The notes: generated by a model from the sequence alone, not told the origin. A stretch of 62,735 bases of DNA from a virus (IMGVR_UViG_3300042448_001551:1-62735), one strand, 5' to 3'; counted from the stretch's first letter, positions 18,631 to 27,619 are shown. Program-made: numbers and translations.

Positions 18631-19719
18631 TTATAAAATTAAATCTAAATTATCTTTAAATATGTTATGGGTTACTGCTACTGGTTCTAAGAGTAAGATT
18701 TTTTTATTAATCTCATTTTCTTTTTCTTGATTTTTAGATTCTTTTCCAGCTAATCTAGATAAAGAACTTTGTGATTTTAAATCATTTTCTACTACAATAG
18801 TATTAGATGAAACAATATCTACAATTACACCAAAAAGTTTTCTACCAGCGTAAAAGTGTTCTCCAATTGTATAATCATTAAAATAATTATGAGAAACTCT
18901 AGTGGCATTAAATAAAAGTTTCTTTTGACCATCTATAACTTCATAAACATTAAAAATGTCACTAGTATCACCATTAACATTAAATATTAATTTAAAGTTA
19001 TCTGTACTTTCGTCATGAATATTTACTTCTTCAATAATGGCTTTTACTATATCCATTGTGATTATTGGACGTTCACTGATAAATTTAATAACATCTTGTC
19101 TAAAAAATTTATTAATTAAAAGATCATCAACAACTTCAATTATAACATTAAGTTCTAAGTCATTAAATGTTTTTACATAACGTATTCTAGAAGGTCTTTG
19201 TAATAAATTTTTTTCTATTCTAATATGATTGGTTGTTAATAAAAACAAAATTCTATTATTAGTTTTTAACACACCATCCATTATAGTTAGTAAAGAATTA
19301 TCATGTTCATCATAGATTTTTTCAAATTCATCTATAAAAACAATTATGTCCTGTTGTATTTCATTTAAAAGTGATGCAAACCCTTGATAAGCTTCAGAAA
19401 CAATTATTACAGGAAGATTTAATTTATTACAAATTAATTCAGCTGTGATAGTTTTACCTGTACCTCTTAAACCATTTAATAATACACCAAAATTACCCTT
19501 TGTGTTATTATAAGATTTAACCACTCTGTCTATAAAAGGTTGTTCACATCCATATATTTTATATGGAAATGTAAAACAATCTTGAGTTTTTGATAAATAT
19601 AACACTCCTGTTTGTTCATTAAAACATAATTTATAAATTGCAGGTGGTAAATCTATAATTTGATCAGTTACATCAGATAAGATGTAATTATTTTGTCTTT
19701 TATTCCAAACTTTATTCAT
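18631..19719 (-). CDS. AAA+ ATPase
   Basis: GLRGTGKT, IDEFEK, LLTIMDG, TTN and RPSRI motifs. Confidence 0.9.
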   Translation of the reverse strand: MNKVWNKRQNNYILSDVTDQIIDLPPAIYKLCFNEQTGVLYLSKTQDCFTFPYKIYGCEQPFIDRVVKSYNNTKGNFGVLLNGLRGTGKTITAELICNKLNLPVIIVSEAYQGFASLLNEIQQDIIVFIDEFEKIYDEHDNSLLTIMDGVLKTNNRILFLLTTNHIRIEKNLLQRPSRIRYVKTFNDLELNVIIEVVDDLLINKFFRQDVIKFISERPIITMDIVKAIIEEVNIHDESTDNFKLIFNVNGDTSDIFNVYEVIDGQKKLLFNATRVSHNYFNDYTIGEHFYAGRKLFGVIVDIVSSNTIVVENDLKSQSSLSRLAGKESKNQEKENEINKKILLLEPVAVTHNIFKDNLDLIL

Positions 19720-19723
19720 AATA

Positions 19724-20314
19724 TTAATCCCACCAATGGGATGATTTTTGTTTTAAAATTTCAAATATTAAATTTCTACATCTTTCTTGATTATAAACAC
19801 CTATAAAAGTAGCTAATATTCTGTTGTTGACTACTCCTTCTAAATTATACTTAGCTTTTACTCTTGGGATAAGTTTTTTATACTTATTAATGTATTCATC
19901 TAATTTATCCTGTACAACTGCCTGATCAAAATATTCTGTAGTTATGCGTTTTTCTTCATGAAATTGTCTAAAATCTAATTTAGTGTAGTCCATATAGTCA
20001 TCATTCTCATAATAACTCTCATGTTCTCTTTCAATAAGATTTAATGTGACTGTCATCCAAAAGTTATCTTTATCTACACTTGTGTGTCTGTTATGACTCA
20101 CTATATAATGTCTTTGAAGTTCAATCTTCTTTTGTAGTATTTTAGTAATGTAATAATCATCCCAATGTCTATCATTCCAGATAGTTGGTAACCAATCAAT
20201 AAGATTGGTTACACTATCTACAAATCTACAAAACCAACGGGGGGAAAATCTTCTCCATGTTTTTCTACCAAATACTGAGTCTTCTGGTAATTCTAATTTT
20301 TTATAAATTTTCAT
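19724..20314 (-). CDS. Hypothetical protein
   Basis: IWNDRHWD and terminal WWD motifs, seen in many phage proteins. Confidence 0.7.
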   Translation of the reverse strand: MKIYKKLELPEDSVFGRKTWRRFSPRWFCRFVDSVTNLIDWLPTIWNDRHWDDYYITKILQKKIELQRHYIVSHNRHTSVDKDNFWMTVTLNLIEREHESYYENDDYMDYTKLDFRQFHEEKRITTEYFDQAVVQDKLDEYINKYKKLIPRVKAKYNLEGVVNNRILATFIGVYNQERCRNLIFEILKQKSSHWWD

Positions 20315-20317
20315 AGA

Positions 20318-21673
20318 TTAATCTTGAAATTCTGTTTTTACAACTTTATTAATAATAGTGCTCACTTGCTCTACTAATTTATTATTGTCAGTCACTACAG
20401 TGTGGTAATTATAAATATTTTTTACATTATACTCTAAACCAACACCAATAGTTACAAAACCATCTCGTTTACATTTTTCTATAATTCTTTTCATATCATC
20501 AATAGCTGATTGACCCCCATAAGCTTTACCAGAAGGTTCACCATCACTAATAGATATAAAAATAATATTATCATCTGTAAAACTTCTTACTTTTTCATAC
20601 ACTAAATCAATTACAGGACCATCATAATTTTCACAATAATAATTGCCATCTGTTTGATTTTTAATTGTATATTCAAAATCTTGATTAAATGGATCATGAT
20701 AAACTCTTATTTCTGGATGATCTTCTCCACTATGACCATAAAAAAACATTTTTTCTTTAGGAAGAATTTCAGAAAAAGCTTTATAAAGCACTTTAAATAA
20801 ATGATGCTGATAATATTGATTAGATCCTTGCATAGAACCACTCTCATCTCCTAAAATACACACACTAAATGGTTTAGTAGATTGGTTTTCCTCTATTTTA
20901 TAATAAACATGTGTATTACCAGCAGGAATCTCTCCTATTTTGCTACTATTTAATTTACCTGTTTTTAGATTGGGAACTATATCTTTTTTAGGATCAAAAG
21001 AAATATCTAAAAGTCTTACTAAATGATTTGCTTGAGCTATACACTTTTGATCAAAATGAATAGGAATATCAAATTTATTCATTTTTTGGAAAACTCCATT
21101 CTCTTTTAGTTTACCAGCTCTATCATCATCATATTTAATACTACTTCCAAATGAAAAACTAGATTTTCTAATTTTAATTTCATTTAAAGCTGGTTTAACT
21201 TTAGATAGAGCATCTCTTAAAGGGTTATCAGATTCACCTTCTTTTTTATCTTTTTTAGGAATTTCTATAAAAAACTGCGTGTCTGCTAAAAAATCTTGAT
21301 AATTAATAAATAAAGATGAAAGATCTGGATCATGAGAAAGAATTTCTAAACATGCTTTAATATTGTTTTTTGGAATATATAAATATTCTTTTTCATATAA
21401 TCCAAAAAAGCTTTCTTTTTTAATCTCCATTCCTCTATAATAAAAGAAAGCTTCAGCTCCATTACCATACTCTGATTTTTGATTTAACTTTAATAAAAAT
21501 AATTTTATTAATTTAGTTTTTGTATAGTAAGAAAGTCCTTCAACAGGATCTTCTGGTTCTTTCCAATCTATCTCTAAAGGAACATAAACATCTGGATGAT
21601 CCCATAAAACTTTACTAAAACCACCAAAGTACGAGGTTTCCCACCCCGTACTTGATTTTGAATAATAAGCCAT
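20318..21673 (-). CDS. VWA-domain protein (CobT/NorD-like)
   Basis: MIDAS DESGSM, ENYDG and ISDGEP motifs; downstream of a MoxR ATPase. Confidence 0.85.
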   Translation of the reverse strand: MAYYSKSSTGWETSYFGGFSKVLWDHPDVYVPLEIDWKEPEDPVEGLSYYTKTKLIKLFLLKLNQKSEYGNGAEAFFYYRGMEIKKESFFGLYEKEYLYIPKNNIKACLEILSHDPDLSSLFINYQDFLADTQFFIEIPKKDKKEGESDNPLRDALSKVKPALNEIKIRKSSFSFGSSIKYDDDRAGKLKENGVFQKMNKFDIPIHFDQKCIAQANHLVRLLDISFDPKKDIVPNLKTGKLNSSKIGEIPAGNTHVYYKIEENQSTKPFSVCILGDESGSMQGSNQYYQHHLFKVLYKAFSEILPKEKMFFYGHSGEDHPEIRVYHDPFNQDFEYTIKNQTDGNYYCENYDGPVIDLVYEKVRSFTDDNIIFISISDGEPSGKAYGGQSAIDDMKRIIEKCKRDGFVTIGVGLEYNVKNIYNYHTVVTDNNKLVEQVSTIINKVVKTEFQD

Positions 21674-21679
21674 TTAATA

Positions 21680-22633
21680 CTATTTAGCTGTATTTAATAT
21701 TGTTTCTAACGCTTTTAAACCATCTGGTCCGCCAATACCTTTACAAATAATATAAAAACTATCATAAAGTGTGAAACCGTCTTCTACTAAAGCAGCAATA
21801 AGTTTTAAATGTCTAATAGATAGATTAAAACCAATAACAAACTCATCATGAGCATTATTAATTTTAGTATACACATCTACCATTTTAGCTATTACAAGAG
21901 GATCCATTTTTGGATTTTGAATAGTTATAGCTTTAGTGACATCTTCACTTGTTAATGGATCAATTTCTACTAACATAAATCTATCCATAAGAGCTCTATC
22001 TAACTTGTGAGTTCCTGTATACTGACCACCTAAGTTTGCTGTAGCAAAGAAAACACATTCTGGATGCACTTTGATTGGAGCAGCATCTTCAAAACAATAT
22101 TCCATAGGTAGTTCTCTACGAAAATCTAAACAAGGAAATAATAGATTATTTGCTGTAGCACTAGCTCTTGACAATTCATCCAATAGTATAATACCTGGTT
22201 TTTGGATCATTTCACTAAAACGTGATTTTACAAATGTACTTGTGGTTTTGCCGTCTTCCATTTTTATAATATGAGTTCCTACAAGACTCATAATTGGGTC
22301 ACTCATAGTACCCATGTCAAAAATTGTTAGAGGTAGATTTTTAATTTTAGCTAAATTAGAAACTAACTCTGTTTTACCTACACCAGTAGGTCCTAATAAT
22401 AATGTACTTACATTTTTATCTACATTTCTTTCTACAACTGCTAAAAGCCCTTTTGAAACTCTATAATAACCATTAATAGTTTTATAACTACCTCCAGTAA
22501 ACTCTGGTTTTTTTACTGTTTTTCTGTCTTCTTTAACAGATTTTTTACTACTTTCTTCGATTGACTTTTTTAACTCTTCTACAAGACTTTCTGTAGTTAA
22601 ACCTAGATTTTCCATTGTTGATTTTGTTGACAT
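21680..22633 (-). CDS. MoxR-family AAA+ ATPase (CobS/CbbQ/NorQ-like)
   Basis: GPTGVGKT, LLDELSR, ATAN.G..Y.GT..LD.AL.DRF and SIR motifs. The likely start is MSTKST at 22633. Confidence 0.9.
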   Translation of the reverse strand: MSTKSTMENLGLTTESLVEELKKSIEESSKKSVKEDRKTVKKPEFTGGSYKTINGYYRVSKGLLAVVERNVDKNVSTLLLGPTGVGKTELVSNLAKIKNLPLTIFDMGTMSDPIMSLVGTHIIKMEDGKTTSTFVKSRFSEMIQKPGIILLDELSRASATANNLLFPCLDFRRELPMEYCFEDAAPIKVHPECVFFATANLGGQYTGTHKLDRALMDRFMLVEIDPLTSEDVTKAITIQNPKMDPLVIAKMVDVYTKINNAHDEFVIGFNLSIRHLKLIAALVEDGFTLYDSFYIICKGIGGPDGLKALETILNTAK

Positions 22634-22735
22634 TTTTCTTTTTAGATTTTTATGATTAATAGAATAAAAACAAGTCCCAGTATAAAAATACCAGGACTTT
22701 ATCCGCACAAACAATTCCCATTTATTCCTGGGTCT

Positions 22736-22780
22736 TGGTGACTATAACAAGAATCGAACTTGTTTAAATACCTTTTAGTC
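22736..22780 (-). ncRNA. tRNA-like minihelix (acceptor stem + T-arm + ACCA; no D or anticodon arm)
   Basis: Minus strand reads GACTAAA-AGGTATTTAA-ACAAG TTCGATT CTTGT-TATAGTC-A-CCA. Confidence 0.6.
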
Positions 22781-22841
22781 AAAAAAAAAGGAAGAACTTT
22801 TACATTCTCCCTTTTGTAATCTATATTGTTTTTATTTTTTT

Positions 22842-23171
22842 TTAGAATCTTTCTAATAAGATTCTTTCAGCAAAATCTAATGCTTTTTCTAATCCTTCCA
22901 CTACTTGATAAGCATCAAACTCATTTTGCACACTGTACGGAACAGCTGATTGAGCAGCAATTAATTCACGTCTAGCTGCTGCTAAGTCTTTTTTGGTGGT
23001 AGCTACTGTTACTTCCAAATCTGACTTTGCAATCTGAACTTTTAAGTCCAGCTCCTCCGCTTCTAACTGTTGTTGGGATTTTGATATGAGGTCTTTGTAC
23101 TTTAATACCTCGTTCATTCTGTCTTTCAATATTACTGTTTCCTTCTGTGTTTTTGTTGTTGCTACTGCCAT
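22842..23171 (-). CDS. Coiled-coil hypothetical protein
   Basis: 109 aa, with an A-rich leader (aacacaaatcaaaATG); overlaps the upstream gene by 200 nt. Confidence 0.7.
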   Translation of the reverse strand: MAVATTKTQKETVILKDRMNEVLKYKDLISKSQQQLEAEELDLKVQIAKSDLEVTVATTKKDLAAARRELIAAQSAVPYSVQNEFDAYQVVEGLEKALDFAERILLERF

Positions 23172-24345
23172 TTTGATTTGTGTTTATTGGTTTATTAATA
23201 ATTGCTGTGTATTCTTTTGTATCAGAATTGTATAACCACCTTCTTAACTCAGGAGAACTAATATTACCATTATAATCTCCATTGTACTCTTTAATACCAT
23301 TATATACTTCGTCAGTTATCCTTTCTGTACGTTTTATTTCATTTATTTCGGTTTTTACATCTGTACCTACTGGAAACATTTGCTTACATACTTCTAATGG
23401 AGATAGTTCTTTTTTAGGTATATCATTTATATTTTTTCCACCATTATTGTAAAAAGTTATCTCTTCTGGTGTGGCTAGTCTCCATGATGATTTATCTGCT
23501 GATGATCTAGATTTTGTATAAAATAAGTCATCTTTTTCACTAGCTGGTAAAACTCTAAAAATATCTCCTATTTTTCTAGCACCACCAACATCTCTTAATG
23601 AAACCACTGTATCTCCTATATATATTCCTGGAAATACTACCATTCTTTCTATTTTCTTTTTTTCTTCTGTAATAAACTTAGGCATACCATATTCATAAAA
23701 AGTATCAAAAGATATTAGAGGACCAGAATTGTCCATACCTGTATGAAATTTTTTCTCACTACCATAAATAAATAAGTAATTATCATGATCTGAACAATCA
23801 TGATTAAGTTTCCATCCTTGGGAAATAAACCAGTTTACAGCATGTTCCATATGCTCTTTACTGGGAAGATTAAAAGATTTAGCAGTTGGAATAGGTTTGA
23901 ATTTATTACTAAGTTCAGCGCATACACCTTCTTTTACAGGAACATCAGTACATTCAGCCCATACACCATTATTATAAACAAGTCCTTCATCTTCTTTTAA
24001 AGCAATCATTTTTTTATCATACCAATATGGATAGTCATATTTAATATTTTTATGATGACTTCCTATTGTATCAATATAAGAACATCCACTTGGAAATCTT
24101 TCCATAGCGTCTTGAAGAAGCGCATCTTTATAATTCTCAAAATAAAGATCATACATCCCATGATCTCCTATACGATAACCATCTTTAGATCCATTTTCCC
24201 ATAATACTGTTACCCAACCATTTTTTAAGTTTTCTATTATAACACCTGTTTTTCCTCCTCCATCTTGATTTCCATAAACCCAATCTTTCCCTCTTATCAC
24301 TTTAGCCCCACTTATGGGGTATTTCACGGATATTATTGTGCTCAT
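22972..24345 (-). CDS. Multidomain protein with an N-terminal MIB/HERC2-like (SH3-fold) domain
   Basis: GAKVIRGKDWVYGNQDGGG..G......WVTVLWENG....YRIG..GMYDL. Confidence 0.75.
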   Translation of the reverse strand: MSTIISVKYPISGAKVIRGKDWVYGNQDGGGKTGVIIENLKNGWVTVLWENGSKDGYRIGDHGMYDLYFENYKDALLQDAMERFPSGCSYIDTIGSHHKNIKYDYPYWYDKKMIALKEDEGLVYNNGVWAECTDVPVKEGVCAELSNKFKPIPTAKSFNLPSKEHMEHAVNWFISQGWKLNHDCSDHDNYLFIYGSEKKFHTGMDNSGPLISFDTFYEYGMPKFITEEKKKIERMVVFPGIYIGDTVVSLRDVGGARKIGDIFRVLPASEKDDLFYTKSRSSADKSSWRLATPEEITFYNNGGKNINDIPKKELSPLEVCKQMFPVGTDVKTEINEIKRTERITDEVYNGIKEYNGDYNGNISSPELRRWLYNSDTKEYTAIINKPINTNQNGSSNNKNTEGNSNIERQNERGIKVQRPHIKIPTTVRSGGAGLKSSDCKVRFGSNSSYHQKRLSSS

Positions 24346-24677
24346 GCTGTTTCATTTACGCAGTCAAAAATATGTTGTATTCTCATATTCCAATATTTTC
24401 TACTATGTACTGGATACCAATGTCTTCCCATTGGATCTTTTTTCCATAATCTTGGGGCTTTATTATATAATTCTGGTAAAAATAATTCTAAAAAGTAAAC
24501 ATTATTATAATTCCATTTTGCATGTAATTTTTTAACTTTACTATTTGATTTATAGTTGTCAAATATTACACGATGTATATAATGACATATTCCTTGACTA
24601 AGATTTGGATCTTTTACTGTAAAATCTAATAGTCTTTTGTAAAATTTGTGTCTATCTTTTTTTGTTAATTTTGTCAT
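24342..24677 (-). CDS. Hypothetical protein
   Basis: 111-aa ORF with an ATGA overlap to the next gene. Confidence 0.6.
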   Translation of the reverse strand: MTKLTKKDRHKFYKRLLDFTVKDPNLSQGICHYIHRVIFDNYKSNSKVKKLHAKWNYNNVYFLELFLPELYNKAPRLWKKDPMGRHWYPVHSRKYWNMRIQHIFDCVNETA

Positions 24678-24707
24678 ATTATAAGATTTTAATGTTTAAA
24701 AAATAGC

Positions 24708-24779
24708 GGTGTATGTTGGGACTCGAACCCAAATTTCATCCTCCCGTAGATGCGTACTAGCCTTTATACTACAAACACC
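24708..24779 (-). tRNA. Degenerate tRNA (His-like G-1:C73 acceptor, 6-nt anticodon loop)
   Basis: G-GTGTTTG-TA-GTAT AAAGGCTA GTAC-G-CATCT ACGGGA GGATG-AAAT-TTGGG TTCGAGT CCCAA-CATACAC-C. The cloverleaf is intact, but the anticodon loop is 6 nt and no CCA is encoded. Confidence 0.7.
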
Positions 24780-24811
24780 TTTGTGTTTAAGGTACACAAT
24801 TGGAAACCTAT

Positions 24812-25054
24812 TTATTCAAATATTTTACTAAGCTTAGAAATAACATTGTTATTTTCTGCTTCTTGTATAGACAAAACATTTAACTCAGATTGAATTTTAG
24901 CTTTTTGAGCTTTCTTTTCTTCAGCCAATGTTTGAATGTCTTCATTTACTAGTCTTAACTCCTCCATTGTTTTACTAAAAATATTAGTAATATTTTTAGA
25001 ACGTTTTTGGAGCATTTCTAAGGTTCTTTCTGTAGATTGTTGAAAAAGATTCAT
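24812..25054 (-). CDS. Coiled-coil hypothetical protein
   Basis: 80-aa ORF preceded by TAAATTTG on the minus strand. Confidence 0.65.
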   Translation of the reverse strand: MNLFQQSTERTLEMLQKRSKNITNIFSKTMEELRLVNEDIQTLAEEKKAQKAKIQSELNVLSIQEAENNNVISKLSKIFE

Positions 25055-25130
25055 AAGTTTTATTTTGGCAAATTTAATAAAACATTACCATTTTACTGGA
25101 ACTTCTCCATAATTATCTTATTTTTGTATT

Positions 25131-25709
25131 ATGGAAAATAAATATGTTGTGTATTTACATTATACAAAAGATAATAATAAAGTTTTTTACGTGGGTGAGG
25201 GAACAATACGTAGATCAAAAACACGTTCTGGTCGAAATATTTATTGGCAGCGTGTTGTAGCAAAACATGGTTTTACTGTTAAAATAATAGCCAATAATCT
25301 TACTAAAATTGAAGCTCTAAAACTAGAAAAGTTAACAATTAAAGGCTTAAAACGTACTGGGTACAATCTTACAAATTTAATAAATTCTTCAATTGGAAAT
25401 AATAATATTGGTAAAAAAAATCCTAAATTAAAAGAATGGAATATTAAACATTCTGGAAAATTACACCCAATGTATGGAACTAAACGTCCAGATACTGCTC
25501 TTAGAAATAAATTAACTGCGTCAACTCGTAAAAGAACTTTTAAACCAGTTAGATGTATTGAGACAGGTTTAGAGTTTCCTTCTTTAATTTCCGCAGTAAA
25601 ATATTGTGGAAGAAAAAAACATCATAATTTATCTGAACATCTAACTGGTAAAAGAAAAACTGCTTTTGGTTTTACATGGGAGTTTATTAACGTTTTGAAT
25701 CAAGGTTAA
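25131..25709 (+). mobile_element. Free-standing GIY-YIG homing endonuclease with NUMOD-type C-terminal domains
   Basis: YVVYLH...FYVGEG...R is a GIY-YIG variant; HPMYG and KPVRCIETG..FPS are NUMOD-like. It is inserted against the direction of the operon. Confidence 0.8.
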
Positions 25710-26646
25710 TTAGTAAACCCCCTCCTGATCCAGAAACTACTTGAGGTACTCCTCCTGACCATTTTTGTACTTTTAAATAATCAATATATAACGGTGTTAA
25801 ATATTGTTGTTCTTTTTTAACAGCTTCAGCTCTACCAGCAGCTGCAATTACAGCTTGTGCAGAATCACCTTTAGCTGTAGCTATTTTAGTCTGAGCTTGA
25901 GCTTCAGCTACTAACTTTTGTTGGATAGCACTTTGAGCTTCTTGTACAGCTTTAGTTTTTGCATTAATAGCTTCTGTAATTTCTTTTGGAGGAAGAATAT
26001 TAGTTCTTAATTGACTTACATTAAACCATTTAGAAACTCTTTTATTACATTCTTTTACTATATCAGACTCAAACTCAGCTCTGTGGTTAAAAATAGAATC
26101 CACTGTATATAAATTAGCTACGTCATTAACTGCTCCAATAATAGCATTTTTTAACCATGTATCTCTGATATCATCTACGTCTTTCTTTAGAGATTGATAC
26201 ATATCAGCTGCATTAGCTGCATTTACACTCCAGTTAAAACTTGGTTTAATTATTGCTTGAAATCCACCTTTTGTAATAATAGATGTTTCTTCATAATCAA
26301 TGTGTTGTTGTGTAGTGGGATATTCTTTAATTCTACTCAACCATGAGTTGTAAAATACCCATCCCGTAACATATACAGTCTTAGATACTCCACGCTCATC
26401 ACCCGTGTTATTCACTTTAAGTCCTACATTACCCACATCAATCCTTTCAACACTTATTGGATTGATTATAGTAATAACAAAACTTCCTACAATCACTGCT
26501 AAAAGAATTAACAGTTTCTTGTCATTAAAACCTTTGTTAACATCTCCAAATCTGTCTTTTGTTTCAACAGAATAAGAACCCTTAAAAACTCCAAAAATTG
26601 CACCCAGTATTAAAAAGGATGCTACTAAAACTAAAAAACTAATCAT
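25687..26646 (-). CDS. SPFH/band-7 (prohibitin-like) membrane protein
   Basis: N-terminal TMs, IDVGNVGLKV, an Ala/Gln-rich coiled coil and KWSGGVPQV. Confidence 0.85.
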   Translation of the reverse strand: MISFLVLVASFLILGAIFGVFKGSYSVETKDRFGDVNKGFNDKKLLILLAVIVGSFVITIINPISVERIDVGNVGLKVNNTGDERGVSKTVYVTGWVFYNSWLSRIKEYPTTQQHIDYEETSIITKGGFQAIIKPSFNWSVNAANAADMYQSLKKDVDDIRDTWLKNAIIGAVNDVANLYTVDSIFNHRAEFESDIVKECNKRVSKWFNVSQLRTNILPPKEITEAINAKTKAVQEAQSAIQQKLVAEAQAQTKIATAKGDSAQAVIAAAGRAEAVKKEQQYLTPLYIDYLKVQKWSGGVPQVVSGSGGGLLINLDSKR

Positions 26647-26848
26647 TGTTTTTAATTATATTGGTTATTAAATAAAATACAAATTTACCTAAATGGATTA
26701 CTAAAAAAATCCATAAAAACATTAATAATGATATTGCCACTCCTGTTAATAAGAGATCATTATTTTTAGAAGCAAAATCTCCTAAATAATATATTAAAAC
26801 TAATGTTAATATAAAATGAAAGAATAATAAAATACTTTTTTTAATCAT
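26639..26848 (-). CDS. Small two-TM membrane protein
   Basis: Hydrophobic ORF coupled to the SPFH gene. Confidence 0.55.
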   Translation of the reverse strand: MIKKSILLFFHFILTLVLIYYLGDFASKNNDLLLTGVAISLLMFLWIFLVIHLGKFVFYLITNIIKNND

Positions 26849-27103
26849 AATATAAAGTTTATTACACATATCTTAGGGACTGCATTTCTAAGTTAGTACA
26901 CATCATTACTACTTTCTTTATAAACGCATTCATTTCTGAATCTAGTCAATATAGATTTCATTCTGTGTCTTATAATTAATACTATACAGGCTCCTAAGAT
27001 CATGTAAAAAGTTCAGTATCACGGCCCCCCTTGTTTATGGCTAATCTTATCATAAACATAAATTTATATAAAAGTAGGATAAACAGATGGGGGCGTGACA
27101 CTA

Positions 27104-27310
27104 TTAAATTCTTTGTTTTAAGATGGAAAGCTCTTTATTTATACGCTCCACATCTTTATCAGTTAAAGGAATATTACTAAGTGTCTGATCAGATTTTTTA
27201 GGAGCTTTCATTCCTTTCTTTAACTGATTTTCCAGACGTTCTATAACTCTTTCTCTTCTAGACTTTGCTTGAGGTGTACCATTAAAACTTTTAGTTGATT
27301 TATTACTCAC
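27104..27310 (-). CDS. Small basic hypothetical protein
   Basis: 68-aa ORF with a GTG start. Confidence 0.55.
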   Translation of the reverse strand: MSNKSTKSFNGTPQAKSRRERVIERLENQLKKGMKAPKKSDQTLSNIPLTDKDVERINKELSILKQRI

Positions 27311-27323
27311 TGTTTATATAGTT

Positions 27324-27608
27324 TTATTTTAATAATATTGTTGTATGACTTTTACCAATTCCATTGGAATAACGAGATATTACACCTGCCACCATTAAAG
27401 ATTTAATACTTCTTTTAACTGTAGAAGGTGTAATATTTAAATCAGCTGCTATTCTATTAACAGATACAAATAATGAGTTAGATTCACTATCTGCATAAAG
27501 AGATAGATATGCATAAACTGCTTTATCCCTTAATGAAATAGCTGGATCTTTTATAACCAAAGAGGAAACTTGACCAAAGCCATCTTTCAATCTTGGATTT
27601 TTACTCAT
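27324..27608 (-). CDS. Winged helix-turn-helix DNA-binding protein
   Basis: KAVYAYLS.YA......SVNRIAADLNITPSTVKRSIKSL...GVI. Confidence 0.8.
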   Translation of the reverse strand: MSKNPRLKDGFGQVSSLVIKDPAISLRDKAVYAYLSLYADSESNSLFVSVNRIAADLNITPSTVKRSIKSLMVAGVISRYSNGIGKSHTTILLK

Positions 27609-27619
27609 TATTTAATGAT

